From assembly GCF_049243625.1 (NCBI RefSeq), contig NZ_CP046975.1: a stretch of DNA of 32,000 nucleotides; one strand, 5' to 3'. The stretch's first letter is position 1. Each line of letters opens with the position of its first letter. The position numbers were made by a program, and so were the translations under genes. This DNA is from Corynebacterium amycolatum (GTDB taxonomy: Bacteria; Actinomycetota; Actinomycetes; Mycobacteriales; Mycobacteriaceae). The notes beneath the pieces are model-generated. The model had not been told where the DNA came from, made no database searches, and was given only the letters and a program-made list of their open reading frames with translations. Of this stretch, positions 1 through 8,980 are shown piece after piece.

Positions 1-560
1 TCTAAAGTCGGCACATTCGGATCCTCGGAAATACCCTGCATGCTCTGGAGAGTCTTCGACGCGGTCTCTTGCATCTTGGCCTGATCCGCCTGCGACTCCA
101 GCTTGCGGATATCCTGCTTAATCTGCTCGTAGCGAGCCTGCGACTGCTGCGCCTGACGCTGTGCCTCCTCAGCAGCAGATACGGCCTGCTGGTGGAGCTG
201 CGTAGTATTTTCCAGCTCCTTTTCAACATTCACCAGCTGGGTGGCAAACGCCTCAGCAGTGCTTTCCATCTTCTGTGCAGTGGCCTCATCGCCCTTGGCA
301 CGAGCCTGATCCGCATTGGCGAGTGCCTGGCGGGTGTTCTCGGTAATCTTGTCACGCTCGGAGGTCAACCGCCCCAGCTGCATTTCCAGCTGATTGCGGT
401 TGCCGATGATAGCCGCAGCCTGACGCTGAATCTCCTGATGGCGCTGACGCTCGGCCTCAGCTGCCTGTGCAATCTGAACCTTCGGATCCGCATTGTCCTC
501 GATTTTCTTATCGAACGAAGACATCATGTACTTCCAGCCCTTGGCAAATGGATTAGCCAT
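1..560 (-). CDS. PspA/IM30 family membrane-stress protein (partial; C-terminus lies beyond the left window edge)
   Basis: The minus-strand frame is open from ATG 560..558 to position 3. It is absent from the ORF track because no stop is reached. Hand translation: MANPFAKGWKYMMSSFDKKIEDNADPKVQIAQAAEAERQRHQEIQRQAAAIIGNRNQLEMQLGRLTSERDKITENTRQALANADQARAKGDEA... This is the conserved PspA N-terminus followed by a Q/A/E/R-rich coiled coil. GAGGAAGG lies ~10 nt upstream of the ATG. Confidence 0.8.
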   Translation of the reverse strand, partial: MANPFAKGWKYMMSSFDKKIEDNADPKVQIAQAAEAERQRHQEIQRQAAAIIGNRNQLEMQLGRLTSERDKITENTRQALANADQARAKGDEATAQKMESTAEAFATQLVNVEKELENTTQLHQQAVSAAEEAQRQAQQSQARYEQIKQDIRKLESQADQAKMQETASKTLQSMQGISEDPNVPTL

Positions 561-721
561 GCAAATCCAACCTTCCTCAACATATGCGGAATAACTAATC
601 GGAACCGAGAAGATTCCATCTCTTAAAAAATTGTACGTGAGCTAGCTCGCTCTCTCTCGGCAAACGGAAAGAGCTGGTTACCGACAAGCAAGACTCCCCC
701 AGAGTTGTAAACTCTCTAAAC

Positions 722-2023
722 ATGGTTCATTGCCCTCAACGCGCGTACCGCGGACTTGCCGCGAGTCTCGCCGCGGTAATTACTCTGTCAGCAACTGCGC
801 CGCTGGCTAACGCGACAGTCACCGCAACTGCTGACTCCACCGATACCGGCGCATTTTCGCAGGTAGTCGTCGCAGCTCCATCCTCAACGGAGCCGACTAA
901 GCCCTCCGACGCAAAAACCAAGAAGACCACCGAAAAGCCAGCTGAAAAGACTCCCGAGAAGAGCACAGGAAAAACCACAGAGAAGTCGGCGGAACAGTCG
1001 CCTGAGAAGTCGACTGAGAAAACCTCTTCAACGACATCGGAAACGTCCTCAACGGAGCCGTCGGAAAGCACTGCGAAAAGTGAGCCGAAGGCGTTTCCCC
1101 CACTTGTGCCGGGGGCGAAGACCCAGTGGGGCCTTGGCGTCCAAACTCGTCTCGACCAAGTGACCGAGGAGTTTGATGCTAAGGGCGGCATGCTCGGCAT
1201 GGGCATCCTGGATCGCCAGACCGGTGAGTTCATCTGCAACGCACACTGTGATGATGTTTTTCGCCTCGCCAGCCTGATGAAGGTATTCATCGCCGATGTC
1301 GTGGCCTACTCCAACTACACACAGCCGAAGAAGGACGAGATCGTCGCTGGCCAGGGCGATATGCCGGTTGAGGGCAACCCTGACGCCATGCTGCGCGACG
1401 ACATGATTCGATACTCCAACAACGAAGCAACTGACGAGCTGTGGGATTCCTACGGCGGTGTACGCATCGTTGACAATGTCCGGCAGCGCTACGGCCTGTC
1501 GGATAAGACCGTCGGCTCGCCTATGTGGGGAGCCACCACTAGTACGCCAGCCGACATGGTCGCCTACTTTGACCGCATGCTGAGCGAAGAAGGCGGACTG
1601 AGCGACACGGAGACCAAATACATGCGTCAGCTGATGTACTCACTGCCGCGCTACTCCTACGGCGATGCAGACCAGAACTTCGGTCTGCGTGCAGCGCTAC
1701 CGAAGGAAACGATTGCCAACAAATCCGGTTGGTACGAAGAGCAGCACACCACTGCCGGATTCCTTGGCGACGATGACCGTTACGCTATCGCGGTTCTGGG
1801 CAAAAACCTGACCGCCAACGACCTCACCGAAGCTGTCAAGCACGTGTTCCCGGGCGGGCAGGTTCTGCCAACAGGTGAGAAGGAGACAAAGCATGCCCGC
1901 ACCAGCGCGGCACTGTCGATTGAGGAGGACTCAAACAAAGTCGCTCCAGCCCTGTGGGCACTAGTAGCGGCACTCGCTGGCTTTGGTATTGGCTGGCTCA
2001 TTCGTGGCCAGCGCGCGGACTAG
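722..2023 (+). CDS. Exported serine hydrolase with class A beta-lactamase-like fold, C-terminal membrane anchor
   Basis: 433-aa ORF with a signal peptide (..LSATAPLANA/TV) and a ~90-aa S/T/E/K/P low-complexity linker. SxxK (ASLMK), SxN (YSNNEATDELW) and K[ST]G (NKSGW) follow in class-A order. The C-terminus is a hydrophobic helix (APALWALVAALAGFGIGWLI) followed by RGQRAD. Confidence 0.7.
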   Translation: MVHCPQRAYRGLAASLAAVITLSATAPLANATVTATADSTDTGAFSQVVVAAPSSTEPTKPSDAKTKKTTEKPAEKTPEKSTGKTTEKSAEQSPEKSTEKTSSTTSETSSTEPSESTAKSEPKAFPPLVPGAKTQWGLGVQTRLDQVTEEFDAKGGMLGMGILDRQTGEFICNAHCDDVFRLASLMKVFIADVVAYSNYTQPKKDEIVAGQGDMPVEGNPDAMLRDDMIRYSNNEATDELWDSYGGVRIVDNVRQRYGLSDKTVGSPMWGATTSTPADMVAYFDRMLSEEGGLSDTETKYMRQLMYSLPRYSYGDADQNFGLRAALPKETIANKSGWYEEQHTTAGFLGDDDRYAIAVLGKNLTANDLTEAVKHVFPGGQVLPTGEKETKHARTSAALSIEEDSNKVAPALWALVAALAGFGIGWLIRGQRAD

Positions 2024-2031
2024 ATACAAAA

Positions 2032-2060
2032 AGCCCCCGCGGGCTTGAGGCGCGGGGGCT
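2032..2060. terminator. Bidirectional intrinsic terminator hairpin between convergent hydrolase and thioredoxin genes
   Basis: Perfect 10-bp GC-rich stem, agcccccgcg (2032-2041) / cgcgggggct (2051-2060), with a 9-nt loop. It is flanked by acaaaaa on the left, giving a T5 run for the minus-strand transcript. Confidence 0.65.
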
Positions 2061-2116
2061 TATCCGGCAGTGCTCCAAGTTGGAAAACGCACAGTATGCG
2101 GACTAAATCGCAGAAT

Positions 2117-2497
2117 TTACTCGGTAGCGCTATCCTGTGCGGCCTGCTCGGCAATCTGCGCACGGACATCATCCATGTTCAGCTCCGAAGCCTGGCCAAC
2201 CAGGTCGCTCAGAGCGGTCTCAGGCAGCACACCAGAGTGCTGGAACAGCAGGATTCCCTCGCGGAAAACAAACAGCGTCGGAATCGACTGAATGCCCAGG
2301 GCGGCCGAAACCTCCTGGTTGGCATCGGTGTCCAGCTTTGCGAACACTACCTCTGAGTGCTTCTCCGAAGCCTTCTCATAAATCGGGGCGAACTGGCGGC
2401 ACGGACCGCACCAGGATGCCCAGGCATCAACGAGCACAATGTCGTTGTTCTGAATAGTCTCAGCGAAAGTCTCGTTCGTAATATCAACAGTTGCCAT
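2117..2497 (-). CDS. trxA: Thioredoxin
   Basis: 126-aa ORF with the WCGPC active site (VDAWASWCGPCRQFAPIYE) and the thioredoxin-fold pattern (FAKLDTDAN...IQSIPTL). AAGAGGAG Shine-Dalgarno upstream. Confidence 0.92.
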   Translation of the reverse strand: MATVDITNETFAETIQNNDIVLVDAWASWCGPCRQFAPIYEKASEKHSEVVFAKLDTDANQEVSAALGIQSIPTLFVFREGILLFQHSGVLPETALSDLVGQASELNMDDVRAQIAEQAAQDSATE

Positions 2498-2639
2498 GGG
2501 TCTAACTCCTCTTACTCTTTAACGTCGTGTTCTAACTTCACGTTCTTTACGTAGGTTTTTACCCGTTAGTCTCCCACAACGCACGCGGGGGTCGATTCAT
2601 TCCCGCCGGGTTCGCGGGGACGTCGTAAAGCGGCGCGTG

Positions 2640-3488
2640 CTAGTGGTTGATGCGGACGGTGTTGATCTGTTTACCCAGGCCATCGATGGTGATAATCATT
2701 TCCTGACCATCCTGAAGGTAGGTCTGCGGGCTCATGCCGTGGCCAACACCCGCCGGCGTTCCCGTGGAGATGACATCGCCCGGGTTCAGCTGCACGAACT
2801 GTGAGATGTAGGCGATTAACATCGCCGGGGAGAAAACAAGGTCCGCAATCGGGGCATCCTGGCGCAGCTCTCCGTCGACATATGTGCGCACCCGTGCGGA
2901 GTCCGCATCGAAAGCATCGGCTGTGAGCATCCACGGACCGAAAGCACTGGCGCGCTGCAACGTCTTCCCCTGTAGCCACTGCGCGGTGGCGTACTGGAAA
3001 TCGCGCTGGGTGAAGTCATTCATAATCGCGTACCCAGCGATAGCGTCCTGCGCCTGCTCCTCCGACACCCGCAAGCAGGTCTCGCCGACGATAACCGCGA
3101 GTTCGCCTTCATAATCGAGCTTTTCCGCGCAGGCCTCCGGCACTCGGATATCATCCTTCGCACCGGCGACGGCATCGGCAAACTTCGCGAATAGCGTCGG
3201 CACCTCGGGGCGCTGGTGTCCCATCTCATCGATGTGCGCGGCATAGTTCAGGCCAACACAGACGATCTTGCCCGGCCGCGTGATCAGCGGTGCGAACGCC
3301 CACGCGCTCTCCGCCATGACGTTGTCAGGGTTGTCCCCCGCCTCCGCCAAGAGTTCTTCCGCTTCACGACGCCACGTTGGCCGCGCTAACACATCTCCGA
3401 GACAGTGGTCATCAAAAAGGACCGCTACGCCGTCGCCGAGAACAGCGGCGCGGGTTGCACCCTGGTATCGCAACGTTGCTAGACGCAT
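2640..3488 (-). CDS. Fumarylacetoacetate hydrolase (FAH) family protein (2-keto-4-pentenoate hydratase / oxaloacetate decarboxylase-like)
   Basis: 282-aa ORF with FAH-family blocks: GKIVCVGLNYAAHIDEMG, DYEGELAVIVG, MNDFTQRDFQ, WLQGKT, GDVISTGTPAGVG. Confidence 0.85.
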   Translation of the reverse strand: MRLATLRYQGATRAAVLGDGVAVLFDDHCLGDVLARPTWRREAEELLAEAGDNPDNVMAESAWAFAPLITRPGKIVCVGLNYAAHIDEMGHQRPEVPTLFAKFADAVAGAKDDIRVPEACAEKLDYEGELAVIVGETCLRVSEEQAQDAIAGYAIMNDFTQRDFQYATAQWLQGKTLQRASAFGPWMLTADAFDADSARVRTYVDGELRQDAPIADLVFSPAMLIAYISQFVQLNPGDVISTGTPAGVGHGMSPQTYLQDGQEMIITIDGLGKQINTVRINH

Positions 3489-3577
3489 GGCTTTCTCATT
3501 TCTTTATGGCTATTCTCTGTGTCACTTCTGCCGCCTGATCGGCTCTCGGTTCCACGCTACCGCCTTGTTGAGCTGAA

Positions 3578-4774
3578 TTAGGAAGCAGGTTCGCTCTTTG
3601 GTTGACGCAGAGCCTCGCCTTCAGGCTGGGAGGGAAGATTCTGGCTGCGCTGAAGAGCACGCTGTCCCGGCGTAGTCATGCGCACTACCCAAGCAGGACG
3701 GACGAAGAGCCATCCGGCACCGATGGCAAGCAGCAACCTGTGCAGACCGAGACACAGCATCGCCGCGATGATGGCCACCAGCGGCGTCATGATGACCAAG
3801 TGTGGGTCCTTCGGCAGGATGAGGTCGCAAATAATCATGACCACAACCAACATTGGAATGTGCATGAGGAAGATAGGCAGCGTTCGGCCGCCAATCTTTT
3901 CAAAGGGCACAACTAGGCGAGTGTTCTGCAGCATCGCCATAACATTGATTGCAGCCAGTGCGCCAGTGGTGGACAGGTACACGTGGGTGAAGCCGACGTT
4001 GCCTTCGTTAAAGCTCGCGTAGGTCGCCTGCACCCAGATTGCCACCGACAGGAACGCCGTCAGCGTCACTAGCAGTGAGAGGCCGCTGCGACGCTGTGCC
4101 ATCCGGAAGATCCAGGGCGCACCGTACATGCCCAGCACGTAGAAGAACAGCATCTTGCTGACAAAGTCCCACGACCAGCTGGATGAGGCAAAAGGCGCCC
4201 ATGCACTAATGAGGCCTGAAACGATGAGCTGAATCACCGGATGTACCCAGCGGAATGCTCGTGTGAGAATTGCAAATAGCGCCAGCGCCCACAGGAACCA
4301 CAGGTAAGAAGTTGGCTCGATGACCGCGTGAAGCGTGTTGTAAATCCGCGGCCCCCACGCGCCGCGGTCCGCAATCGACGGCGGAGACACGATGCCATCG
4401 GCATCCACGTGCGTATATGGCATGAGGAAAAGCACGAAGTCACGCAGTGGAACCCAAATCACGTAGAGATAGACCATCACCCAGATTCGGCGATTGGCCA
4501 ACTTATGCCACGACTCCTTGAGTGCCTTGCCGGCGAACAGACCAGATAGCAGGAAAAACAGCGGCATACGGATTGGTCCGAGGAAGAAGTTAATCCCCGC
4601 CCACTGCGCCGTGTAGTAACCGTGCGCTTGCAGCTCTGTGATGGCATGGCCAAGCACAACCAATAGAATGCACAGCCCCTTGGCCGCATCTACCCAGCCG
4701 ACGCGCTGTTTCGGCGCACTCTTATGCCTTTTAGCTTTGGCTTCCGCTGCCGCGGGAGCGGCAGTTGGTGACAT
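3578..4774 (-). CDS. Acyltransferase family 3 (OafA/YrhL-like) integral membrane protein
   Basis: 398-aa polytopic membrane ORF. The N-terminal motif WVDAAKGLCILLVVLGHA is typical of Acyltransferase_3, followed by ~10 hydrophobic segments. Confidence 0.8.
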   Translation of the reverse strand: MSPTAAPAAAEAKAKRHKSAPKQRVGWVDAAKGLCILLVVLGHAITELQAHGYYTAQWAGINFFLGPIRMPLFFLLSGLFAGKALKESWHKLANRRIWVMVYLYVIWVPLRDFVLFLMPYTHVDADGIVSPPSIADRGAWGPRIYNTLHAVIEPTSYLWFLWALALFAILTRAFRWVHPVIQLIVSGLISAWAPFASSSWSWDFVSKMLFFYVLGMYGAPWIFRMAQRRSGLSLLVTLTAFLSVAIWVQATYASFNEGNVGFTHVYLSTTGALAAINVMAMLQNTRLVVPFEKIGGRTLPIFLMHIPMLVVVMIICDLILPKDPHLVIMTPLVAIIAAMLCLGLHRLLLAIGAGWLFVRPAWVVRMTTPGQRALQRSQNLPSQPEGEALRQPKSEPAS

Positions 4775-4870
4775 AGTGCTTCCCCGCTTCCCGACGACTC
4801 CGCGTAACCCTCAAAACCTTCAAAACCGTCAACACACGAAAACTCGCCCCATTGACTGTCACTCACCTTA

Positions 4871-4908
4871 CCTAGCCACCCGGATTGCACTAATTCTGGG
4901 TGGCTAGG
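4871..4908 (-). terminator. Stem-loop immediately downstream of dnaB (putative terminator without a T-tract)
   Basis: Perfect 11-bp stem, cctagccaccc (4871-4881) / gggtggctagg (4898-4908), with a 16-nt loop, 9 nt after the dnaB stop (4917-4919). No U-run, so the assignment is moderate. Confidence 0.5.
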
Positions 4909-4916
4909 CCAGGAAC

Positions 4917-6509
4917 CTAGAGAGAACCGCTGGGCTCCTCCGCCAGGTTGGCGAACCTGGAGTAGTGCAGCTGGTGGGCCACAGCAATGCTTCCGGTCGG
5001 TCCACCACGGTGCTTTGCGACGATAATATCCGCCTCACCAGCACGTTCATGGTCAGCCTCCTGCGAGTCCGGCCGGTAAATCAGCATGACGATATCGGCA
5101 TCCTGCTCCAGTGAGCCCGACTCACGCAGGTCCGAGACCTGTGGCTTCTTATCCGTGCGAGCTTCCGGACCACGGTTCAGCTGCGAAATTGCAATCAGCG
5201 GTACCTCGAGTTCCTTCGCCAACAACTTGAGCTGACGGGAGAACTCCGAGACCTCTTGCTGTCTGGACTCGACTTTTTTACCCGAGCTCATCAGCTGCAG
5301 GTAGTCGACCACGATCATCTTCAGATCGTGCTTCTGCTTCAGCTGACGTGCCTTCGCGCGAATCTCCATCATGGTCAGGTTCGGCGAGTCATCAATAAAC
5401 AGCGGAGCATCGCGGATCTTGTCGCCGACCTCGACCAACTTGGTCCAGTCCCGCTCATCCAGGTCACCGGAGCGCAAAGATGCCATGTTGATCTTCGCCT
5501 CTGCGGACATGATGCGCATCATGATTTCATTGCGCGACATCTCCAACGAGAAAATTGCGCTGGTCATGCCGTTGCGAATCGAGGCCGAACGCATGAAGTC
5601 CATCGCCAGCGTGGACTTACCCACACCCGGGCGAGCCGCAATAATCACCATCTGACCTGGGTGAAGACCGTTTGTCAGCTTGTCCAGGTTGGTAATCCCC
5701 GTCGGCACACCCTGCGCCAGACCGCCGTTTTGGGTAATAAGATCCAGTTCCTCCAGCGTGTCATCCAGGACATCGGCGATGGGAACGTAGTCATTCTTCG
5801 TGTTCTCACGTCCAACACTGAAGATGAGCTGCTGCGCCTCATCCACCAGCTGCTCCGGCTCCGTGTCCTCCGCGCCCGCATAGCCGATCTGGGCGATCTT
5901 CGTGCCGGCCTCTACCAGGCGACGGATTGTCGCCTTCTCCGCAACAATGCGGGCATAGAACTGCGCATTCGCCGCCGTTGGCACCAGGGAGGCCAAGGTG
6001 TGCAGGTACAGCGGACCACCGATGCGCTCCAGGTCTCCAGTTCGATCCAGACGACCTGCCAGCAAAATGGGGTCAATTTCCGAGGACTCACCGTAGAGGT
6101 GCAAAATCGCCGAGTAAATCGTCTGGTGCGCCGGTCGGTAAAAATCCTCCGGTGTCAGCTGCTCGTACACATCCGCAACGACCTCTGAGTTCAGCAGCAT
6201 CGCGCCGAGCACACTCTGCTCCGCCTCGATATTGTGCGGCGGCGTGCGCTCAAAAGTCGCGCCAGCGACCGCACTCGCACGAGCGCCACGACCACGGTCT
6301 CGCTCCCAGTCCCGCGCCCCAGATCCGCTTGCCGACGATCCGTTGCCCGAGCTCTGCGAGAAAGAATACTCCTCCGGTGGAGCATCCTCTACCGGCGGTT
6401 CCGGGGGCAGCGGAACGTCATCGAAAGAATCATCGTGGGAACTTACCGAGTAGGACGACGCCTCGTCCCCTGCTCCTGAATGACCACCATCACCTACAGG
6501 CTGACTCAT
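4917..6509 (-). CDS. dnaB: Replicative DNA helicase DnaB
   Basis: The ORF track gives 4917..6764. I place the start at ATG 6509..6507 (MSQPVGDGG...), preceded by GGGGAGGAG. Motifs: PPHNIEAEQSVLGAML N-terminal domain, Walker A (IIAARPGVGKSTLAMDF), Walker B (MIVVDYLQLM), ISQLNRGPE and the C-terminal VAKHRGGPTG. Its length is consistent with no intein. Confidence 0.95.
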   Translation of the reverse strand: MSQPVGDGGHSGAGDEASSYSVSSHDDSFDDVPLPPEPPVEDAPPEEYSFSQSSGNGSSASGSGARDWERDRGRGARASAVAGATFERTPPHNIEAEQSVLGAMLLNSEVVADVYEQLTPEDFYRPAHQTIYSAILHLYGESSEIDPILLAGRLDRTGDLERIGGPLYLHTLASLVPTAANAQFYARIVAEKATIRRLVEAGTKIAQIGYAGAEDTEPEQLVDEAQQLIFSVGRENTKNDYVPIADVLDDTLEELDLITQNGGLAQGVPTGITNLDKLTNGLHPGQMVIIAARPGVGKSTLAMDFMRSASIRNGMTSAIFSLEMSRNEIMMRIMSAEAKINMASLRSGDLDERDWTKLVEVGDKIRDAPLFIDDSPNLTMMEIRAKARQLKQKHDLKMIVVDYLQLMSSGKKVESRQQEVSEFSRQLKLLAKELEVPLIAISQLNRGPEARTDKKPQVSDLRESGSLEQDADIVMLIYRPDSQEADHERAGEADIIVAKHRGGPTGSIAVAHQLHYSRFANLAEEPSGSL

Positions 6510-6706
6510 CGTGAGCAGCTCCTCCCCTTCTGGACCACTTAGGTGCCTTTTCAACCCTGTTGCTGACTGACCGTCACATTCAATATGTCTGTTCCGACCG
6601 CCAGCACTGGACACCTGACTACCTACCGCAGTTATACCTGTTCGAGCGGATTGACGGACCTGTAAAAGTACCCTTGAAGGCCCCAGAAAACAATCTTCTA
6701 CGGCGT

Positions 6707-6764
6707 TTATCCCCGAAGTTATCCACAGCACCTGTGGATAGGCCTGGGGAGAACATGTGCACAA
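6707..6764. promoter_or_regulatory. DnaA-box subcluster A (4 boxes) upstream of dnaB
   Basis: Four boxes. TTATCCCCG at 6707-6715 (2 mismatches). TTATCCACA at 6719-6727 (perfect). TGTGGATAG at 6733-6741, which is CTATCCACA on the minus strand. TGTGCACAA at 6756-6764, which is TTGTGCACA on the minus strand. Boxes 2 and 3 form the inverted repeat tatccaca-N5-tgtggata. Confidence 0.6.
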
Positions 6765-6986
6765 TCAAGAAAAGTCCAGGTGAACGGTCCGTAACCCTAA
6801 ACCGCCGCTTGAATGTTAACGGGGGTAGCGGAGTTTCAACCCGAAAATATTCTATCTACGCAGGTCAGTACATATTTGCCTTAATCCTGCACAAATGTAA
6901 TCCTCTGTTGCCCTTTTAGCATCGATGCTGCTCATGCGGAGATTATTAACGATGAATTAATAAAAATCTCGCGTTCTCCAGAAAAG

Positions 6987-7054
6987 TTATCCACGGCAGC
7001 CAGGCAAGTTACCCACAGGTTTATCCACAACAATCATCGTTAGCCTGTGGACAA
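6987..7054. promoter_or_regulatory. DnaA-box subcluster B (4 boxes) downstream of rplI
   Basis: Four boxes. TTATCCACG at 6987-6995. TTACCCACA at 7009-7017. TTATCCACA at 7021-7029 (perfect). TGTGGACAA at 7046-7054, which is TTGTCCACA on the minus strand, the perfect actinobacterial-type box. Confidence 0.6.
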
Positions 7055-7245
7055 GTCGTAGATGCTCTTTCCAGCACCTGCGTAAAAGGCTTTAAGCCAG
7101 CCTTAAACCACGAAAAGCCCCGACCTTTCACTACGAAAGATCAGAGCTTCACGTGTGCTGTTGTCATTGGGCCTCAGAGCCCGCGCACATCCTTAGGCGC
7201 GGCGCTCGTCGGCCGCCGTCAAAGTAAAAACTTTAAACCGCGAAC

Positions 7246-7698
7246 TTACGCGGCGACGACCTGTACGGAAACATGCGCGGTAATCTGCGGGTGCAGCGCG
7301 ATGTCAACGGTGTGCTTACCAAGGGACTTGATCTGGCTCGGAGCAAGCACGACTGCGCGCTTGTCGATAGCCTGACCGGAAGCCTTACGAACTGCATCGG
7401 CGATGTCACCCTTGGTGACGGAACCGAACAGCTTGCCATTTTCCGAAGCCTTCACAGCAACGGAGACGTTGTCGAGCGAATCAATCTTCTGCTTGACTTC
7501 ACGTGCATGGTCGAGGTCGCGGATAGCGCGAGCCTCCTGGGCACGACGAATGCCCTCGATCTGCTTTTCTGCGCCGCGGGTGGCAACAATTGCCAGTCCG
7601 CGAGGAAGCAGGTAGTTACGTCCGTAGCCGGCCTTGACCTCAACGATGTCGCCTGCGACACCGAGCTTGTCAACGTCGGCGGTGAGGATCAGCTTCAT
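7246..7698 (-). CDS. rplI: 50S ribosomal protein L9
   Basis: 150-aa ORF: [48 protein letters not shown]..., the canonical L9 N-terminal domain. Confidence 0.95.
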   Translation of the reverse strand: MKLILTADVDKLGVAGDIVEVKAGYGRNYLLPRGLAIVATRGAEKQIEGIRRAQEARAIRDLDHAREVKQKIDSLDNVSVAVKASENGKLFGSVTKGDIADAVRKASGQAIDKRAVVLAPSQIKSLGKHTVDIALHPQITAHVSVQVVAA

Positions 7699-7798
7699 GA
7701 TCCCTGCCTTTCGCTGGATATGTCTTTAAAAGATTATGAGAATTGTGGATGCTAAATCTGCTGCAAACTAGTCACGTAGTGCCGTGGCTGGAAGGAGC

Positions 7799-8365
7799 TT
7801 AGAACGGAGGCTCATCGCCGCCGAAGCCGCCACCGGCCGGAGGAGCTGAGTTCCACGGATCTTCCGCAGGAGCTCCGCCACCAAAACCGCGATCACTCTG
7901 TCCACCCTGGTTGCCTTGGTTTCCACCAAAGCCACCGCCGAAACCACCACCGGCATTTCCACCTTGGCCGCGGTTACCGCCGCCAAAGTTTCCACCGCCG
8001 TTGCGTGGAGTGCGCGTGACCTGAGCTCGAGCGAACTTCAGGGACGGACCCACCTCATCGACCTCAACCTCAAAGACGGTACGACGCTCGCCCTCGCGGG
8101 TCTCGTAGCTGCGCTGGCGCAGACGACCCTGGACGATGACACGCATGCCCTTGGAGAGACTTTCGACAGCGTTCTCCGCTGCCTCACGCCACAGGCTGCA
8201 GGTGAGGAACATGCCCTCGCCGTCAACCCACTGGCCATCTCGGTACACCCGCGGAGTCGACGCGACGCGGAAATTCGCCACGGCGGTGCCGTTCTGGGTG
8301 TACTTAAGCTCCGGGTCAGCAACCAGGTTGCCAACCACTGTGATTTGTACGTCTCCCTGAGCCAT
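7799..8365 (-). CDS. ssb: Single-stranded DNA-binding protein
   Basis: 188-aa ORF with an OB fold ([29 protein letters not shown]...[36 protein letters not shown]), a Gly-rich linker and the acidic tip DEPPF. Confidence 0.95.
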   Translation of the reverse strand: MAQGDVQITVVGNLVADPELKYTQNGTAVANFRVASTPRVYRDGQWVDGEGMFLTCSLWREAAENAVESLSKGMRVIVQGRLRQRSYETREGERRTVFEVEVDEVGPSLKFARAQVTRTPRNGGGNFGGGNRGQGGNAGGGFGGGFGGNQGNQGGQSDRGFGGGAPAEDPWNSAPPAGGGFGGDEPPF

Positions 8366-8486
8366 GCTTCTTCTCCTCGGTTGTATTCTGTCGAGCTGAT
8401 GATGGGGCTTTCGCCCGCTATCCTACGGCTTTCGCATTACCGGTGTGCCCCATTCGAGCACTCTGGATACGCAAATATGACGCAGA

Positions 8487-8774
8487 TTAACGATCAACCC
8501 GCAGCACCTTGGTGCGCAGGATGCTGTCGTTCAGATTCAGACGACGGTCGAGTTCCAGCACGGTTGCGGACTCGCAGGTGAGGTCGACGACAACGTAGAT
8601 GCCGTCTTCCTTCTTCTCGATCGGGTAGGCGAGGTGGCGCTTACCCCAGATGTCCACCTTCTCCACCTTGCCGTTCTCCTTGCGGACAACGTCGAGGTAC
8701 TTCTCCAGGGACGGGCCTACGGTGCGCTCATCCTGAGACGGATCGATAATAATCATTACTTCGTAGTGACGCAC
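8487..8774 (-). CDS. rpsF: 30S ribosomal protein S6
   Basis: The ORF track gives 8487..8786. The protein reads (M)[51 protein letters not shown].... I favour the GTG at 8774 (the conserved MRxYE N-terminus, 11 nt after AGGAGG at 8791-8786). The ATG at 8783 sits only 2 nt from the SD. The start is uncertain by 3-4 codons. Confidence 0.93.
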   Translation of the reverse strand: MRHYEVMIIIDPSQDERTVGPSLEKYLDVVRKENGKVEKVDIWGKRHLAYPIEKKEDGIYVVVDLTCESATVLELDRRLNLNDSILRTKVLRVDR

Positions 8775-8980
8775 GGACCTCATCACCTCCTATGGTCTAG
8801 TTCTTGTATTTCGGCTACACAGCGTGGTGCGCTGGCACTATCTTTCATGCCAGCCGCTATGCAGCAGGAGGATCGTTGCGTCAAGCAACCCTGCCAGGGT
8901 ACCGCAGGCAGAGGTATATGTCCTAATCGCAGGCGCCGTCGGCAAGCAGTACTGGCAAGCGGCGTCGGGGCGCCGAATTC

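Noticed and set aside
6510-6764. The N-terminal 85 codons of the 615-aa dnaB ORF (MCTCSPQAYPQVLWITSG...).
   Set aside because: This composition looks non-coding. A strong GGGGAGGAG Shine-Dalgarno precedes the internal ATG at 6509. The extension would run through the DnaA-box region.
6707-7054. The possibility that the DnaA-box cluster is the chromosomal oriC itself.
   Set aside because: The flanking genes are rplI and dnaB, not dnaA/dnaN or rpmH. murJ at the right edge implies the canonical parB-rpmH-dnaA origin region lies further to the right. It is kept as a finding, as a secondary DnaA-binding locus.
7699-7798. No rpsR between ssb and rplI, which could suggest a deletion in the classic rpsF-ssb-rpsR-rplI cluster.
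   Set aside because: As I recall, C. glutamicum has the same rpsF-ssb-rplI order, with rpsR encoded elsewhere next to rpmB/rpmG/rpsN. This is a lineage trait, not an anomaly. The 100-bp gap holds no ORF remnant that I can see.
7802-8000. GGN/CCN-rich repetitive DNA here and at 9281-9420, which could be simple-sequence repeats or CRISPR-like.
   Set aside because: These tracts encode the Gly-rich linker of SSB and the Gly/Pro-rich C-tail of the PBP. They are in frame, with no repeat-spacer organisation.
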